A stretch of DNA of 57,235 bases, counting the filler, from Bipalium vagum (taxonomy: Eukaryota), in NCBI GenBank assembly GCA_037834085.1. It is 3 parts of 3 records of this genome, joined end to end, with 100 filler letters (N's around TTAATTAATTAA, not from the genome) between each part and the next. Parts side by side here need not be neighbours in the genome. Positions count along the whole stretch, not along the records: positions 1 to 18,477 come from JBBMKC010027942.1; 2 more parts are not named here. One strand, 5' to 3'. Both the position numbers and the translations under genes were made by a program. Under the pieces are notes generated by a model. That model did no database searches, was not told the origin of the DNA, and saw only the letters and a program-made list of their open reading frames with translations. Each line of letters opens with the position of its first letter. The first letter of the stretch is position 1. Below are positions 1 through 13,933 of this stretch, piece after piece.

Positions 1-1231
1 TTAATATTTCTTTTATATATTATGATTCTGATTATTATTAATATTTTTTTTAATTATTATTATTTATATTTATTGTATTTCAACATTTTTAGTATTTTTA
101 TCATTATTTCAGATATTATTACTGATTGATCATATTAATAGTATAAAATACTTTTAAATATTGAAATATCTTTACCTTTATCTATATAAACTCTTATAAG
201 ACATTATATATTTATATATTATAAAAACAATATTATTTTTCTATTATAAAAAGAAAATTATAATCTATTTTCACAGGAAACCTATATCATGAACAATGCA
301 CAGGTTTTCATACTTCATATAATTGAAGACGAAATTAACTAAAAGATTGACAAAAGTCTTTTGAGATTAAGGGTTAAATTAAAAAATAAATTTTCGTTTT
401 AATTAACATAAGAGTGAAAAATGTGAGAACAAAAAATAAAGAAATTATTAAAAATGAGAATGTTGTATAAATGTATTTATCACAGTGATTAATTATTTTT
501 GTTTAAATGTCACATGATTTCGTTCAAACAAAAATATCTTCACTGCTTTGAAACACTCCTGTACTGGAATTATTCTTTTTATTTCTACTTGTTTAAATTA
601 CTCGAAATGATGTATTCCATTGCCCTGACACAGAAAAATAAATAAAATTGCTAACAGAATAAATCAAGCAATTTTTTTCCATACTGACCTACTTATTGTA
701 ATGATTCTACTTTGCAGATTGACGAATTTGTTCATTCGCCGTTTATTTACTTATAAATATTAACGGCTTGCAGAAAATTATAAACAATCATTAAACATTT
801 TACAATCAGAAATTTTATTTATTTATTTTATATTTCTTTTATGTGAATAATATCAGTGAATGTTACTGGCTGAATGTTGAAGAAATAAAAGGGAAAATAC
901 TGAAATTTTGCAAACATGAGAATTTATGATCAATAAATAGATAAAGAATATCTTTTTAAAACCTAAATCAAACGTTTTGAACATGGGCCCGAAACCTGAG
1001 TTAAGGTATCAAAGGAACTGAAAATATATATATGAATTAAATAATTAATTAAATTGAAAATTAATTTTTAATTTAACAATGAAAAGCGTTAGCATAAAAA
1101 TGACGTTGAGACTTATAATGCGTATTATTTTATCATTGTGTTTTCGGGGGGAGGGTCTGTACATTTGTGTAAAGTGAACTGTTCTAGTTTCTTAACCAAT
1201 ATAAATTATGTTCAATATTTAGTGTATCGAA

Positions 1232-1900
1232 TGTAACCTACATCCAGCTCTTAAGTGGTGCAAAATAACAACGACCAGTAAAGAAATAATTGTATTTATA
1301 TCACAAAAGTTCACACAAAATCCCAATGATAACAATATCACCAAATCGTCAAACTCAACAAAGGGATCACAATAATGTCTTGAAGGTCTTGGGTAGTAAC
1401 AATCAATTATACATCAAACAAAATGTTAGTTGATAAATCAAATGCTAACAATCAACTAATTAAAAACAAAAATTGTACTGTAATAATAATTACTAAATAA
1501 TAATCGAAAAACAAGAACTATCTTACAGTTTAGCTTCGTTTAAAATTCCCGAACTATCAGCTGAGCTTTTACAGCTGATCAGAGATAGCCCTCGGTGGAA
1601 AACTTTAACATAATCCCAACTTGAAAGATATTATTGGATATACTTGTTAATTCATCGAACAACAAATTCTGTATGATAATCTTCCCAACTACAAATTTCT
1701 GTAAGATACGATGTTAAGCAATAAATCTCTAAGCAATAAATTTCCTTGCACACTTCTGTGGGTAACATAGTGAGGAAATGCTTCTCTTTATATACCGATT
1801 TTAAACTAATCAGTTTGAAGACGAGCACCGTAGGGCGGGGTCCGTCCGAAGTCGAGTTTGTCGGGTATTAAACGAGATATTAATAAGATATTATTATAAG
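1232..1900 (-). mobile_element. LTR-like segment, probably a retroelement LTR/leader
   Basis: Begins TGTAAC on +. The minus strand has a TATATAAAGAG box (~1784-1794), then an ATCAGCTG/CAGCTGAT hairpin (1556-1579) and a GTAAG donor (~1521-1525). Same layout as the segments at 17428-18400 and 35123-36021. No TSD found. Confidence 0.4.
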
Positions 1901-1914
1901 ATATTAAACGAGGT

Positions 1915-3850
1915 ACTAAAGAGAATATCAGAAGCAGGGCTTAGAGTGAACCCAGAGAAATGTCAACTATTGAGAATAGAAATTTCTCGGTCACATAATT
2001 GACAAACACGGAATCAGAACAGATCCAACGAAGATTGAAGCAATCAGAACCTTCGAAAGACCAAAATGCATAAAAAATTTAAGAAGCTTCCTCGGTATCT
2101 GTAATTATTATAGAAAAGTTATCGATGGCTATTCAAGAAATCAAGAGCGCTAGAAGAATTGTGTGGCAAGAACAATGAGAAGCTTATTTGCACCGATGCA
2201 TGCAATTTAGCTTTCTAAGAGTTGAAAGAGGCCTTAACAAAAACCCAGTACTAGAGTTTCCAGATATTATGAATAGCCACGAAAAAGGGTATTGCATTAA
2301 AAGGAAGGAATTACTATCAATAATAGCTATATACTATTTCTGCAACCATTTCAGGCATTATTTATATGGTAAAAGATTTCTAGTAAGAACGGATCATAAA
2401 GCGATCGAATTCATGTTCAAGACTAAAAAGCCAATTACTTTTCAATTCCAAACATGGATGAATTATCTCAGCAGCTTGGATATAGAGCTCAAATACAGAA
2501 AAGGAATAGACAACACTAATGCAGACATTTTATCTAGAAAGAACTGCGGTACATATTCTCAGTGTAAGATGATACATGAAGAACCTAAAACTGAAAAAAG
2601 ACAGACTAGAGCCATAAATACTGTATATGAACCTATAGAATATAAATATCAGAATAATGAAGATGAGATCAATCAGATCAAAGGGTATATTGAAAAAAAG
2701 AAGCACATTTAATTTTCGTTTGGAAGATGGCTTGGTCAAGGCGAAAGAAGGTAAGATATGGATTCCAAAAACCAAGAGCCAATTATTAGTGGAAGAAGTA
2801 CATAAATCCCTAACATATGCAGGAACCGAAAAGATTATAAGGTATATAGCCGATTTATACGACATGAAAGACTTGAGAGAGACAGTCACTAAAGTTATTC
2901 AACAATGTGCAATATGCCAGAAACAAAAAGTTGTGACAACAAAGATGAAAGAAGACACAATAATATTAACAGCAGATGAGCCTTTTTGAAAAATATATAT
3001 AGACATCTGTGATCCGTTAAAAGAAACATTTCGAAGGAAATGGTATATACTCGCGATTATAGATCCCTATAGCAGGTACATTAACACCGATCATGAAACA
3101 AGATGAGGAGACAATCAGAAAAGTGATAACGGAAAAATGGATATATAAATATGGTGCACCGAAGGAGATTCATGCAGATTGTGGAAAGGTTTTCGAGTTT
3201 TAAGTTTTCAAAGCACTAGTCAAACAGTCTAATGCAAAACTTTGTTTTTCAAGTCCGTATCATCATAACACTAACAGAATAATAGAACGACAATTCCTAA
3301 CTATACGTGACTATAATGAATACCACCATGGCGGAGAAAAAATCGGGCGATTGGAAAAATGTTTTACCAGAAATTGAATATGCTTTAAATGCAACATTTA
3401 AAAAACTTTAGGATGTAGCCCGGCTGAAGTAATATTTGGGAGGAAAATTCACAGAGAAGTTTGGTTCAGTCACAAGATATCAGAAGGAAAGGAAGAGGTG
3501 CAGGACAAACCGTGTCCAGTGACAGCAAGAAGAATGTTCGAACTTGGTGACAAAATGCTGGTAAAAGTTGAAGGCAGAAGTAAAGATAAAGAAAGATACG
3601 AAGGACCATACACAGTCAACAGGAAAATCCATGACAGAAGATATCTACTTGAAGACAGAAATGGGAAACTGATTGAGAGGAATGTTGAAAAAATTAAAAA
3701 ATTCTTGAAAGGGGGATGTGAGTATTTGAAGATATTTTTGAATTTTTAAATTTTTATAGTGTCCTTTTTAAAATCCGATATGAATATTCATTAATTTAAT
3801 GTATTAGTTAATAAGAGAGACACTTTAATAATAATAAGAGACACTGTTTA
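1915..3850 (+). mobile_element. Degenerate Ty3/Gypsy pol (end of RT, RNase H, integrase), PPT and start of 3' LTR
   Basis: Motifs AGLRVNPEKCQL; KELLSII..HFRHYLYGKRFLVRTDHKAI..YRKGIDNTNADILSR; integrase H..C..C; EIHADCGKVFE; SPYHHNTN..IER; YEGPY. Many frameshifts and stops. Polypurine GAAAGGGGGA followed by TGTGAG at 3717. Confidence 0.9.
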
Positions 3851-6159
3851 AATTAATTAATTTAAGGAAATTTGTTTAAGTATTTTTATTTGAATAATAA
3901 AATTTTTGAAATCATGTCTGAATTTATTGAAATAGATGCTAACATAATTAATTATTAATTATGATAAATTAATAAAATAATATATTAAATCAATACATTT
4001 TTTAAAATACACCTGAAAATCTCATGATATGATAATTTAATTTGTTTGTAAAATCCTACGTTTGAGTGTCAGAATAATAATTATGGGTATTAAATCTCTT
4101 GTTCTTAACAAAACTTCCATTGTGGATGCAGATTATTCTAAGAAATGTCTTTTACCAAAGTCAATCTGCAACTGACAACGAAAAAATTATTGCTCAGTTT
4201 TTAAAATATTGTACTGTAAAAGAGAGACAGAGACCTTGTTAATTGAATATGAATCTGGTATAAAATATAGTGGAATGTGTATTTTCAACATGATTTGAAA
4301 AGGAAAAAAATTAGCAAATCTTTGATCAGATGAATTTAAGACAAGAAATGAAATGAAAATAAAGACAAGAAAAGAAATGCGAATTATGAAAATTGAAAAA
4401 TATATAAAAGTTAAAATAGTTTGCCTAATTACTTAATAGAATTAGACAAAACATGTGGTTGACTCACTATTAAGAATAATAATATAAAATAATGATCCAA
4501 ATAATAATAGTCATCTTCATCACAATCAGAATAATTATTATAAGGTGACTAATCAGACCACTGGAATTTTAAATTTTAAAATATTATTTGCTTTAATGTC
4601 GTGCCTTTTTAATATAATATTTTAAATTTAATTATAATTACCTTATTTTAAGTGCCAGAAGTTATTAAGCTAAAAAAATTTTAAAAATGTATATAATTTA
4701 AATTTACAGCGTTCGACAGGTCATTTTTAAATGTGGACAACCAATTTTTAAAATCAGACATTTCATCTTTTAAACATCACTGATTTACTCATTTTAATTA
4801 TAAACAAGCAACACAGTGTATTTGTATAAACATTACAGTCACATCAACTATCGATAATTTTAACTTTGTTGAGGCATCATGGAGACACTAAAAACACATT
4901 GCTGAAGAATTCCTCACAGTCCTCCAAATATATATAAGATTATTACAATGATATTTATTATTACTATACTTAATATATTTTTTATTTTTAAATCTCTTAG
5001 AGTGAATTAAAGAACGGTTCTTATGATATTTATATAACAAAAAATGAAATATGGTTTTCTTTATTTTGAACATTTAAAACAAAATTTTGTTTTTCTAGTC
5101 ATTTTTCCACATTCCATTAGTATAATACGCTGTATAGCTTTAATAACTCCATTATTAAGTGCCCATCATTTATTATTATAAAAAAGGATTTCTCTTTAAT
5201 TACTTTTGATAAAAATACGACCAAAATGTAAAATTTCATATTTTGTATTATCAGCTGATCAATAAAACGTAACAAATTTACCAACTGTTTCTCGATTCCA
5301 TCAAAATTTTTACTCAAAGCCATTTCATTATTATTTCAACGTTCTCCTAGTACATATACCGTTATTTTCAGAGATTGAAATATTCGACGATATTATTTCC
5401 TTCTCGGGAACATTGATAAAAAATTTATGAATTGTCTTTAGAAATAAATTAATTCTTTTATTAAAGAGATATCTTTCTCAAAGGGTAAAAGCAGGAGAAA
5501 TATAACAAATATATAAAGAAAACCGAAAATCTTTTATTAATTAAAGAAATAAATATAATCCGAGTAAAACTCTTTTTATGTAAGTCAGAAAATCAATTTT
5601 TTTTTAATTATAATTATCTAAAAATATAAAATATTTCTAATTTATACAAATCTTTTAATCTTTTCTACTTCATTTTACATATTGCTCTTTCAATCTCATT
5701 GGCAAAATTGACTTTTATGTCCGGAATTAAAGATTTCTTTCATTCGGCAAAATGCTTCATTAATAAGAAATTAAATAAAAAAATAATGGAAAAATTTCCA
5801 AGGAACTCATCAAATACAATAAATATATAAATTGATAAAAGTTTTAATTTTTAATGGATATTTTATTGAGATTTTTCATCTTTTGCTCTTAAATAATTAT
5901 GGGCATCGTTCATTGTTTAAGGGTATATTGTATAAGTATTGTTAACATATATCATAACCTTGAAATAGGGAACTAAGAAAGAATAAAAAATATTTGTTTC
6001 TTAATTTTTAAATTGCACACTTATATTTTATTTTATCTTTACTTTTTAGTATGTATTAATTTATGTTATTATGCTAATTCACGCAAAATTAGAGATGGAG
6101 AACTTTAAATAAATCTTTATTTAATCATTATTATCAATATATTTTTTGTGTAAATATCT

Positions 6160-6820
6160 TAGTATAGGCTAATAAAGTTGTGTATAATTTAAATAACAGT
6201 TTTTATTTTGGATTAGGAGAAAAGTGAACAAATAAATTAGTCATAAAGAATAGCCCGTTTATTTAGATTTTTTATTTTTAAAAGGGTACAGTGAAGTTGA
6301 AATAGAATTAAAGAAATTTGTTTCCGATATTTTTCAACTATTGAAAAATATTTCTTAAGCTTCAGGAAAGGCTATTTTCCATGACGGATAAGCGAGATGT
6401 TCACAGAACAAATACAGCAGAAAAAATTTTCGAAACTCACCAGACAAGCGCCAGATATGTCTCAAAGACTTTCAATCCAGCAATCAACCGTTTACCAAAT
6501 TTTAAAGGACCACTTAGGACTAACGAAAAAAATAGTTTGTCATGTTCCACATGATTTGTACAAAAACCAACAACATTTAATACTAGCATGCTCTGCCAAT
6601 ATTAAAGAATACAAGAACCATAAAGATCTACTCCAGCGAACTTTAGCTATAGATGAGACTTAGGTCAGATTGTTGAAGCAACAATCAAAACATCAACTTC
6701 TTACCTGGCTTTCAACCAAACAACCTGAACTATCAGTTGCCATAGAATCGAAATTTGCTCATAAACAAATGTTGCTGATACCAATGGATTAATTATGGAT
6801 TATTTATTCACAGTTTAAGA
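6160..6820 (+). mobile_element. Mariner-like transposase remnant
   Basis: STVYQILKDHLGLTKKIVCHVPHDL...TLAIDET (HTH, WVPHxL-like motif, first catalytic D). Confidence 0.75.
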
Positions 6821-7099
6821 TGAACTTAAGACTTATCTCTTCCTTCATTTCTCACATTTTTCTGTATCTAAATGATTCTTGGGTTTTCATTCTTTGGTAT
6901 AGAATTCAGTTATATAATGATTACTTCAGATTAAGTATAAAAAAACTATTGATACTACCATTAATATATAGATTATTCAGTAATTTAACAGTTAATGTTC
7001 GAATATTCATATTTTTTATTAAATTTTATTATTTATCCTTTGTCTGTTTTTTAGTTTATCTGTGTGTATCTGTACGTTCAGCATGATATTATTACAAAA

Positions 7100-7820
7100 G
7101 ACTTACATGATATTGGTAAGATTTTAAAGGGAGGAAAATGGGTGCCTCATCAATTGAATAAAACAACTAGAAAACTGAAAAGTAGTCAATGACATGCTCT
7201 TACAACGGCACGAAAGTCTTTCTTCCATCGACTATTGAAAGGAGATAAAAAGTGGATCTATTTTGAGGAAAGAAGACAATGCTCTGCGTCTGGTGGGATC
7301 AACAAGGCGTTAGGTGTACCATGAGCTTCTCAAACCAGGTGAAATTGTTAATTCTGAAAAATACCAAAATCAAATTGCCCAGCTGAATCAGTCTTTAATA
7401 GTTAAACGTCCAGAATGGGTCAATAAATATGGCAAAGTAATTCTTCTACATGACAACGCAACGCCTCACACTTCTAAAGCAGTTAAAAACATGTTAAAAG
7501 AAATAAAATAGGAAGTACTCACCCATTCGTCGTATTCACCACATTTTGCTCCTTCTGATTTTCACCTGTTCCGTTCAATTGCACATGGACTTGCTGAGCA
7601 ACACTTCAAATCGTACTTCAAGATGTTCAAAATTCTGAATGGTTCGCCGCGAAACCAGAAAGTTTTTTTTAGGATGGCATCCATAAATTGACTGAAAGGT
7701 GGAAGAAATGTCTGGATAACAATGGGCATTATTTTGACTAAATAAATTTTATTTTTGTTTCAAAATTACCATGCTTTTGTTATTTAAAAAATCTGCATTA
7801 TTTATTTGTACCAATAATAT
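7100..7820 (+). mobile_element. Mariner (DD34D) transposase remnant with right end
   Basis: GKWVPHQL, VWWDQQG, ELLKPGEIVN, LLHDNATPH, YSPHFAPSDFHLF; frameshifted. Confidence 0.9.
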
Positions 7821-10800
7821 AACAGGTGTAGTGAATGTCTTGTGAACTTCCGATGAAATAAGAATTATGGATTTACAAAGTGAAACAGTGCAGCATTACC
7901 GATTATTCGCCCACTACTTAATAATTAGGAAAGCTCTTGTTTTAAAAACACATCAGAAAACAAATATTTTAGAAAAAATCTTTTATCCGAGCCTGATAAT
8001 AATTTTATTATTATGATTATAACTTGATTTTTGATGATTTTATTCGACGTATATCTATCAATGTGCCGTTACCAAATGGAGTAATGAAGATGAAAATTGA
8101 GAAACTTTATTTTTAAAAATATATTTTAATACAAAATCCATAAATGAGCTAAAATTTTTTTGTGTAAAATTATCTTAATACCATATTAATTAATCAATAA
8201 AGAGAATTTGAAGAGCTCTTATTAAAAAAAAACTGTAATCTTTAATTTATTTTCTTCTACTTTTTCTTATTTTGCCTTCTCGTTCTCGATCTCTGTCGAA
8301 GTCTGGAAAATTATTTTCTCTTTCATCGAGCAAGCGAATGTAAGATTATATTGATTTTTCCTTTCGTCTTAAGATTTTTACTGTTTTAAAAACGACAAAA
8401 AATTACATTTTTTATTACTAAATATTGTTCCGTTTTAAAAAAAATTTAAATTCTATAATCATTCGGACATTCAGTGCTGTTTGAAATAAAAATTATGTTT
8501 TAAATAACATTTTTACAAGTAAGCAAGGAATTATGAAAAGTAATATTGTACAAGATCGACATTTAATATTAGATATTTTTCCTATTTCGTCCTCATTACA
8601 ATATGGAAAGAATTACAAGAATTTTTGTACGGTCTCTGGATAAAAGCGCTGAAAATGTAAATGTTTACTTTTTTCATTTTGAGATGAAAGTTTTCATTAA
8701 AAAGTGTTGGGTTGGCCAAAGGTACCAAAACCCGAGAGTCATAATAATAATAAATAAATAAATTATAAAAAAAACTTTTATCGGTACATTGAAATCTCGG
8801 CGTGAGTGAGGAGTTGTTGATTTGCGAGTGAAGGTTACTTTCTTAAGGTTTAATAGTAACAAAAGGAACATAAAATAATAAATTGAAATCTTTTTGTTTG
8901 TATATATTACAGGGTGATCCATAGGTCATTTTCCTATTTAGAAATTGAGTAATAAAATTTTATTGAAAATTTGAATTTTTAGAGTTTTATAAACTTCACC
9001 TCTTTGATATTTGGTAATGTGGAAAAATAAACAATAGAGCGACGTATAATTTTATATATCTACAATAATAATCATCAAATTATATTATCAAAACAAGTGT
9101 TCCATAATTTTAACACAAAGAGAATATATATAATATTACAAAATCAGACTTCTAGCGCCGCCTAAACTTTCCCGCGCAACCTCGTTATATGTGCCATTGT
9201 ATTTAAAAAGTAACGGGTCAGAGATTCTAACAAACAGGTCAAAGTAATAGTTCATAGTTATTTTTATAGTAGCTTTTTTACTATTTATCATTTTTATAAA
9301 TTAATAAAAAAAATTTGATTCCCAATAACTCTTGTTTGTTTTATTTATTCTAGAGTTTGAAGGATTGAAATTGTGATATCTAAAGATAGTAATTGAGACT
9401 GCGATTGTTATGATATTGGATTGCAGTTTAATAAAAGCTTTGAACTTAGATATTATCTGTTTGTAAATAGCTGTTGAACAAAACTAAACATTTTTGGAGT
9501 CAGATCTTTATTGAACTTTGTTAATAAATGTTAATACGTTTATCCAGTCTTCATGTTTGTTGTTTAATATACCCTCCAATACAACATAATTTTTCTCAAT
9601 ATTTTAAGTGAAAATTAATGTTATCGAGGTATGCCATTGCATGTTCAACGTCTTTAAGAAATTTTGTCACAAACTGTTGAAAATTTCCAGGGGCTACCAT
9701 TACTAATACAATTCGAAATTGCGTCCAGTTGAAACAAAATTAATTAAAAATTAAGAAATCTGTTTTCTGGAGATAACTATTAATATATAAAATTAGATTC
9801 TTCATTGTCTTATTGGTGATCTCTTCTAGATTCACTCTCTTATATCAATATTTTAAAAATAATTTTACAATCTGTGTTTTACTAATTATGTACATCTGAT
9901 ATCACAGTTATCTGTCTTAACGCATTCTAATATTTCTTTACCAAAATTTAAGATTTTGTTCTGTTTGAGGCTTTCTTAGAGTTCAACTATTTCTAATAAC
10001 GCTAAGCTTTGAGATCCCCAACTTTAACTAGTAGCAAGGCTGTCTCTTAACCGTTGACAAATACAGGTCGATAAGGATTTACTTTCCTAATTGACTCTAA
10101 ACAAAAATATCAATTCAACTCCAAAGGGTTATAAACAACTAAAGTCTTTAACAAAAAAACGCAATTAAAAGACTTCATTTTCGACACATTTTACAATAAA
10201 TTCAATTAATAAAACCAAAGAACAATGTCATTAACTCGAGAAATTAGTGACCGTAATCTGAAGTAACACTTTATTATATTAAATGTACAAGTTAATCGCA
10301 TTTTTTACGCATTTTCAATTTAGTGAAACTGAATAAATTTATTAAGGATATTTATTATAAATAATTTCTATAATAATTATTATAATAATTTTATTATAAA
10401 TAATTTAACAACATTTTCCCACAGACTAGGTAACTTATGAATTCCATCTTTGAAGAAATTTGCCGAGTTTAAGGTAATCCAATCATCCAACCAATTTTTG
10501 ACATTTTTGACATTTTGGAAGTGCTGCTTCGCAGGAACATGAGCCATTGACCGGAAGAAATGATAATTTGACCGATTTCAATTTTTTCATGTTAATATTA
10601 AAGAAATGAATATTAAATGAATAAGCAGCATGGTGGTGGGTGTTCCATTTGATGAAATTATTTTTTAAGAGAAAACAGTCTGTTATTCCTAGTAGGTAAT
10701 TTATAATAAAATTAATATTATTTTTCGAATACACGCCTTTTATTAAATGAATACAAAATTTATTCAAATATATATTTTCATTATTATATTATTATTGGAT

Positions 10801-10859
10801 AAAAATTTTTTTTTTCAAAATAAAAATTAAAAAAAAATTAATCACAGAAAACATTAACG

Positions 10860-11215
10860 ATCCATTGGTTCTTACTCTCTCGCGTTTGGATGTTAATATT
10901 TGGTTGCCTTTCTTTGATTAATAATGACTCACAGATCTTTCGTTCATCATTATTATCAAAGTTTCTCATAATTATTCTGAATTCATTCTATTTAACTTTG
11001 CCTTTTCTTTCAGCGTAGTTTACTAAATGATCTAACACCTTGCTTGTTCTACTTGGTTGTGAATTCTCGCTAATGCGTGCCTCTCCTATGTATAGATTAT
11101 TACATCCATGACATGTAAATTGGTACACGACATTAGCCAGCAAAAATATTGGTGTATGGCTTTTGACTTTTAAATAATTTCTAGTTTTCACAAGATTAAG
11201 ATTTATCATTTATTA
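10860..11215 (-). mobile_element. Penelope-like element, GIY-YIG endonuclease 3' fragment
   Basis: KSHTPIFLLANVVYQFTCHGCNNLYIGE ... ERKICESLLIKERQPNINIQ. Confidence 0.8.
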
Positions 11216-11229
11216 TTATTTTGTTATTT

Positions 11230-13050
11230 ACAATTTTGGTATTATGGTTCATATAAATCTAAGTATAACGATGGTAAAATTGGTTATATACAAAAATCTA
11301 TTGAAGATTTTTCATCTATTATATTTTTAGTTATATTTTCTTCTTTATCTTTTTCATTTTTTACATTTTCTAATTCATCAGTAACAGATTTATGTAATAT
11401 TGTTAAATCTTGTTGTAATCCTCTTTCTAGTTTCCATTGATTTAATTGATTAGTTTGAAATTCATTTTTTCACCAATTTTTAAATTTTTTTGTCAACATC
11501 AATTATATTTTAATTTGCATCTATTTTATTAGTAAAAATAAATAAAATTTAAAATTGTTCTATTATTTTTGTATTTTTACATTTTGACATGTTTATATTA
11601 TGATGTATTTCATTACTTTGTCTCCCAAAATTCGCCATTTATTTATATATTTAAAAATTTTAAAGTCTTTAGAGCTTTACATTGTAAAGAATACAGGGTC
11701 GTCTAGATAAATCAAGAAAAGTTTTAATCTTAATTAAAAAAAGGAAAAAGACAAAACTAATAACTATATTAAATTAAAAATTGGTACACAACTAAATGAA
11801 TGTATCAAGTTTATTATTATTCAATGTGATCACCACTATTGGTCACAACCGCCTCGAGCCGGGCTCTGAATTTATAATGCCATCATGTTAGGACTTGATC
11901 GTGTTATGTGAAATAAGATAAAATGATTTCATAAAAATTTCTATTTCTTTTAATTCTTGATCTTTTTAAAAAACGATGAAAAAAGTTCTTATAAATATTA
12001 TACCAACTGAAAACATGATAATGATTTGTTGACCCAAAATTTATAACATAACTGACTGTCTATTTTTTTCTGCAATTGATTTCTATGTTTTCACAATGTA
12101 TAATATTTCTTGTTAAAGAGTTACAATAAGAATAACAACAAACAATAGGTTAAATTTTTTCATACATGTTTTTATAAACATCAACTGCAAGAAAACTTTT
12201 TAATTGTATTTTAATCTTATTTATTATTTTATGGCGGTCTTCATATCCTTTAGCTTTTTTATGATCACATTTTCAATTGCATTAAAATCTTTTATATTTA
12301 ATGTTTTTAATTCAATTTGTCATTTTTTGAGTAATTCAAGAAATAATAAAAAATATTTGTTAAACTTATCATATTTTAATTCAAGATTCATTTCTATTTC
12401 TTTTAAATTTTTTGGTCCATCTTTAGGACTATATTGAAAAATATTTCTATTTCAATTTTTTCAATTTTAGTTAATATTTTTTTCTTCTTCTTCACATGAT
12501 TTTAGTTGATTTTGAATATTAAATAAAAGAGAATTATTTTTCTACTTATTATTCAATTTGCACTAATTTCATTTAATAAATCTTTAGAATTTAATTTTAG
12601 AAAAAAAAATTAAAATTTTCATAAGGGTCAAAATATAAACCATTTCCTTGTTTTACAATCTTAATTTTATTCTTGCTTAATTTTTGTAATAATTCTTTTT
12701 TCAGATTTATCTAAATTATTTAAAATTTCATTTTTTTAATCCTTTTCCAAAATATGGTTTAAAATATAGTCTTTCTCCAAATTTTACCTCTTTTCATTTC
12801 ATTTTTTCAATTTTTAATTTCTAATTTCTTTTTTTCTAAATCTGTTTGTGTGCTTCTTTTACTTTTATACAGCTGTTGCAATTACTCCAGCAACTCCACC
12901 AGAAGCTCTTAAACCTGCAAAGATTATTCCAGGAATTGAAATTACTGGAAGAACTCCGTCTTTCTCTTTTTTTCTTCTTCTGCTTCTTTAATTTCCTATT
13001 TTATTCCACCTGAGGTTTCATGACTTTGCCAATTAAATTAATCATCCTTT
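11230..13050 (-). mobile_element. Polinton/Maverick (adintovirus-like) remnant with a core-protein-like ORF
   Basis: Minus strand 12730-13030 reads DGVLPVISIPGIIFAGLRASGGVAGVIATAV..GERLYFKPYFGKGLKK, and ~12620-12647 reads GNGLYFDPYE. These resemble Polinton pVII/pX-like core proteins. The rest is decayed Lys/Asn-rich ORFs. Confidence 0.55.
11692..11900 (-). mobile_element. Tc1/mariner-superfamily 3' end inserted in the Polinton remnant
   Basis: C-terminus FRARLEAVVTNSGDHIE*; TACAGGGT terminal sequence at 11692. Confidence 0.6.
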
Positions 13051-13933
13051 TACTTAAATAATATTGTTGGGTTAAACAAGGACACGTCCCTGTTAACGCT
13101 GATATAAATTAAATGATAAAGACCGCAAAAAGGTCAGAAGTGTAATAATAATGATAATACTATTATTATATATTTGATTTATTCATTGATTGTTGAAGAC
13201 ATTTTGCAATTTTAGATTGATTTATTTTCTGGACATTCATTCATGTATGTGTTAGCAAAACAAAGTTTTATTGTGATTCAATTATTTTCGAACACATTAT
13301 TGACATAAGTGAAAGGGTGAGTAAACCAACGACCTAAGTTTTAGTTAAGGTTTCATAGTAATTTAAATTGTAACAAGACTGAAAAATAAAAGAACAATGT
13401 TCAGAGATATGTGGAAGTTATGCAGTAAAAGATTTTTAGGTTAAGACAAGTGAGAAAAATTACAGGTGGATACTTCGAACAAGTAAAGTAGATTATTAGA
13501 GATGATGCGAAACAGACTCGAGAAGTATGAAAGGGTGAAATTGTAATTATCAAAATACTAAAAGATTCGATAACAGAATTACAAAAAATGGAAGATATGG
13601 TTTTCAGAAATTAATAAATAGATTCAATAATATATTCATTTTATATAAATATTTTATTTACTGAACAGAAAATATTATTTAATTTAGTAACTAATTTATT
13701 TTATAAGTATTACATCATTTATAAAAAAGATTTATAAACATAAATTTTTTTAAAAATGTATTGAATTTTTTTAATATTAAATCATTGTTTATATTCTACA
13801 TTTGTTTAAATTGTGTTGATTCGTTTTCGAAATCTTGAATTAATCGGAAAATGTTGGTTTTTTGGATATTTAACGTGTCCAGGTCCAATGGTCATTTGTG
13901 TTTATTTTAGATATAAAAAGAAATAGTCTCAAT

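Noticed and set aside
4700-5800. Possible Mutator-like transposase remnant on the minus strand
   Set aside because: Too degraded; no catalytic motif could be read with confidence.
9230-10060. Possible LINE APE-endonuclease remnant (ENYVVLEGILNNKHEDW) on the minus strand
   Set aside because: Only one weak GDFN-like motif.
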